Of a stretch of DNA of 64,000 nt, positions 61,914-64,000 are shown piece by piece. The position numbers and the translations under genes were made by a program. The notes under the pieces were generated by a model. It ran no database searches and was not told the origin of the DNA. It saw nothing but the letters and a program-made list of their open reading frames with translations. The stretch's first letter is position 1; every line of letters starts with the position of its first letter. This DNA comes from Sulfurovaceae bacterium (GTDB lineage Bacteria; Campylobacterota; Campylobacteria; Campylobacterales; Sulfurovaceae): the NCBI GenBank assembly GCA_028714675.1, contig JAQTLV010000005.1, forward strand, positions 3,475 to 67,474, in the 5' to 3' direction.

Positions 61914-62931
61914 TGTTTTTCATCTTTCTCATATAGATTTAGATGGCTATGGATGTCAATACCTAACAAATATTGCTTTTGATAATATTAGATTTTACAA
62001 TGCCAACTATGGTCCAGAAGTAAGTGCTAGACTTAAAGAGATAATATTGGATATCAAAAATGCTAATAATGCTACCATACTTATTACAGATCTTAATCTA
62101 ACACCAAAAGAAGCTATATGGATAGAAAAAGAAGCGAGAGAGGTAAATGCCTCGTTAATTCTTTTAGACCACCATATAACTGGGAAAAGCAGTAGTGAAA
62201 AACACGAATGGTATCATCTAGATATATCACACTGTGGTACTTGGCTGACATATGATTGGCTACAAAAGAATTACAACTTTGACACAAATAGTGAACTTAA
62301 AACAATAGTTGATGCCATAAATGATGTTGATATGTGGCATAGTAAAAATGACTATTTTGAATATGGTAAAGTTATGATGAGTATGATATCTTCAGCAAAA
62401 GAAATAAATCGCATTATGTTTCAAAAAGATGATATAAATTATAAACACTTTTTGATAGATAGTGCGAAAAAACTCTTGAGCGGTGATGATGCAAATATAA
62501 AACTCGATGATAATGTTCATGCCCTCAAAAAAGAGTTTTTCATGGTTGACAAAAATGACACCAAAGACAATTTAATAGCATCATATGTATCATCTCTCCT
62601 TTCACAAAACAAAGATAGATTTACCATAAATTACAAAGGTTACAAAGGACTGCTAGGTTACAACATTGGTAACTCATCAATAATAGGCAATACATTTTTG
62701 GTGCAAAATCCAGACTTCAATTTTTATATGGATGTAAACTTTAGAGGTATATTTTCGCTTAGAGGTAATGACACTCTTGATTTGTCACAAATGGCTGGAG
62801 TTATAGGCAATGGTGGCGGACACAAAAATGCAAGTGGTGGAAAAATCGAAGAGTTTAGAGACTCTTTTGTATATGAAGATATAAAAGATTTTGTACAACG
62901 ATATATTAATGATAAGAGTTTTGGAAGTTAA
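61903..62931 (+). CDS. DHH/DHHA1-family phosphoesterase (NrnA-like)
   Basis: 342-aa ORF with HIDLDGYG, LLDHH and GGGHKNASGG motifs. A non-ATG (TTG) start is required because the first motif precedes any Met. It overlaps the Rrf2 gene by 11 nt. Confidence 0.8.
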   Translation: MSNNVFHLSHIDLDGYGCQYLTNIAFDNIRFYNANYGPEVSARLKEIILDIKNANNATILITDLNLTPKEAIWIEKEAREVNASLILLDHHITGKSSSEKHEWYHLDISHCGTWLTYDWLQKNYNFDTNSELKTIVDAINDVDMWHSKNDYFEYGKVMMSMISSAKEINRIMFQKDDINYKHFLIDSAKKLLSGDDANIKLDDNVHALKKEFFMVDKNDTKDNLIASYVSSLLSQNKDRFTINYKGYKGLLGYNIGNSSIIGNTFLVQNPDFNFYMDVNFRGIFSLRGNDTLDLSQMAGVIGNGGGHKNASGGKIEEFRDSFVYEDIKDFVQRYINDKSFGS

Positions 62932-62996
62932 ACTCTTATCATTCTATTCATTGCTTTAGCAAAAAATGGTTTTTAAATTATGTTATAATTATTTGA

Positions 62997-63182
62997 TTGA
63001 AAAAGACAGAAAGAGTTATAAACATTGATTTATTTTCATCATCTAACCATAATTTTAGAGGTCAAGTAGAGCTACTAGAGGACTCCCATGGCTATACCTT
63101 TATTCGATATAATGATTCATATTTGATTTTAGGTACAAATGTAGCTTTTAATGATAAACGATACACATCTGATACAGCTTAA
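62997..63182 (+). CDS. hypothetical small protein (TTG start), doubtful
   Basis: 61-codon ORF upstream of the peptidase gene. It has no clear RBS and I recognise no family. Confidence 0.25.
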   Translation: MKKTERVINIDLFSSSNHNFRGQVELLEDSHGYTFIRYNDSYLILGTNVAFNDKRYTSDTA

Positions 63183-63214
63183 CAAAATAATCATATATCA
63201 AAAAGGAGACGACA

Positions 63215-64000
63215 ATGAATGATTCAATCCTTAACATAGGGCCCATGAAAGATTGGGTTACCCCTTCAATAAATACTTACAAAAGATTAGATGCGCTGCT
63301 TACAAAGTCTAATGATTTTCCATCCCAATTCGACCTACGTAAACTTGGCAGAATCACACCAGCAAGAACTGGTAGTGGGTGTGCTAGTTGCTGGTCTGTA
63401 GCGGCTACTGGTGCTTTGGAAAGTGCATTATTACCAGAAGGTACACTCAAAACATTTTCTGAAGACCATATGCAGATGAGTATGTCTGTCTGTGGAGGTG
63501 GCGGTCACTGGATATTGGCAGCAGGCTACTATGCATCGTGGTCAGGTCCTGTCAAATACACAGATTTCGATTATCAAATAAATAATATCGGCCAAAATAT
63601 TCCATTACAAAAACATATTCAAAAAATTATTTTTATACCTACTAGAAAAGATTCTTTAGATAATGATCTGATTAAGTTTCATCTTATTCATTATGGTGGA
63701 GTATATGCTTCAGTCAGTTATCGTGGCATAACTAACCCCTCTGAAAATACGTATTATTGGCCTGAAGAAGGAAGTGTACATGCTGTAGTCATTGTGGGCT
63801 GGGATGATACATTTGATAAAAATAAATTTACATATACCTATAATTCTGATACAGGACCTAAGACATTGACGCCTCCTGGGAATGGAGCCTTTATTGTAAA
63901 AAACAATGGTGGTCCCGACTTTGGCAATGAGGGATATTATTATATCTCTTATTATGATGGTACCATCGGGTATAGCGGACTTGCTATTTATTTGCCAGAA
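63215..64000 (+). CDS. papain-like (C1 family) cysteine peptidase, N-terminal 262 codons (3' end outside the window)
   Basis: The ATG at 63215 is preceded by AAAGGAGA. It has the catalytic Cys motif GSGCASCWSVAATGALES, His in HAVVIVGWDD, and NNGGPDFGNEGYYYISY. Confidence 0.8.
   Translation, partial: MNDSILNIGPMKDWVTPSINTYKRLDALLTKSNDFPSQFDLRKLGRITPARTGSGCASCWSVAATGALESALLPEGTLKTFSEDHMQMSMSVCGGGGHWILAAGYYASWSGPVKYTDFDYQINNIGQNIPLQKHIQKIIFIPTRKDSLDNDLIKFHLIHYGGVYASVSYRGITNPSENTYYWPEEGSVHAVVIVGWDDTFDKNKFTYTYNSDTGPKTLTPPGNGAFIVKNNGGPDFGNEGYYYISYYDGTIGYSGLAIYLPE

Overview
This is an AT-rich bacterial chromosome segment (about 30% G+C by eye, not computed) with roughly 70 protein-coding genes. I found no rRNA, tRNA or CRISPR array. 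The gene content and local order suggest a Campylobacterota (epsilonproteobacterial) genome: lpxC-tsaB-thrB-ylxR-infB-rbfA-rimP, an M23 peptidase overlapping a bactofilin, HemJ, and grpE-dnaK without hrcA. That assignment is inference. Most of the window is housekeeping: translation (serS, infB, leuS, rpsO, truA, trmA), envelope (lpxC, lpxD, bamA, lptE, lptF/G-like, glmU, uppS, plsY), cofactors (ribD, nadA, nadC, folB, folC, coaBC, ubiE, hemJ), amino-acid synthesis (thrB, tyrA, ilvA, ilvIH, chorismate mutase), repair (xseA, mfd), redox (sodB, dsbD, DUF255 thioredoxin-like) and chaperones (grpE, dnaK).

Two accessory patches stand out.

(1) 55.8-58.2 kb is a ~2.3 kb insertion between dnaK and a DUF2147 gene. 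It is bracketed by imperfect direct repeats that duplicate a TGnTATAAT promoter. It carries a Zn-ribbon/DUF4145 gene and a 369-aa unknown gene with an RNxxxH (HEPN-like) motif. Each gene is followed immediately by an integron attC-like imperfect palindrome (ACATAAC...GTTATGT). No integrase is present. This is my best candidate for an undescribed cassette-borne defence or abortive-infection pair.

(2) 16.8-19.3 kb, downstream of bamA, is a co-directional array of small secreted, lipoprotein and membrane genes interleaved with decayed toxin-gene fragments. One fragment is a truncated DUF4157-like N-terminus. The modules are joined by near-identical junction sequences, like orphan polymorphic-toxin/immunity modules. 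An intact DUF4157-like HExxH gene lies at 22.7 kb.

Smaller observations:
- a near-consensus promoter overlapped by an HspR (HAIR)-like inverted repeat upstream of grpE
- a duplicated 26-nt element in the grpE-dnaK spacer
- a G8 tract
- a widespread-type palindrome after bamA
- a partial papain-like peptidase at the right edge
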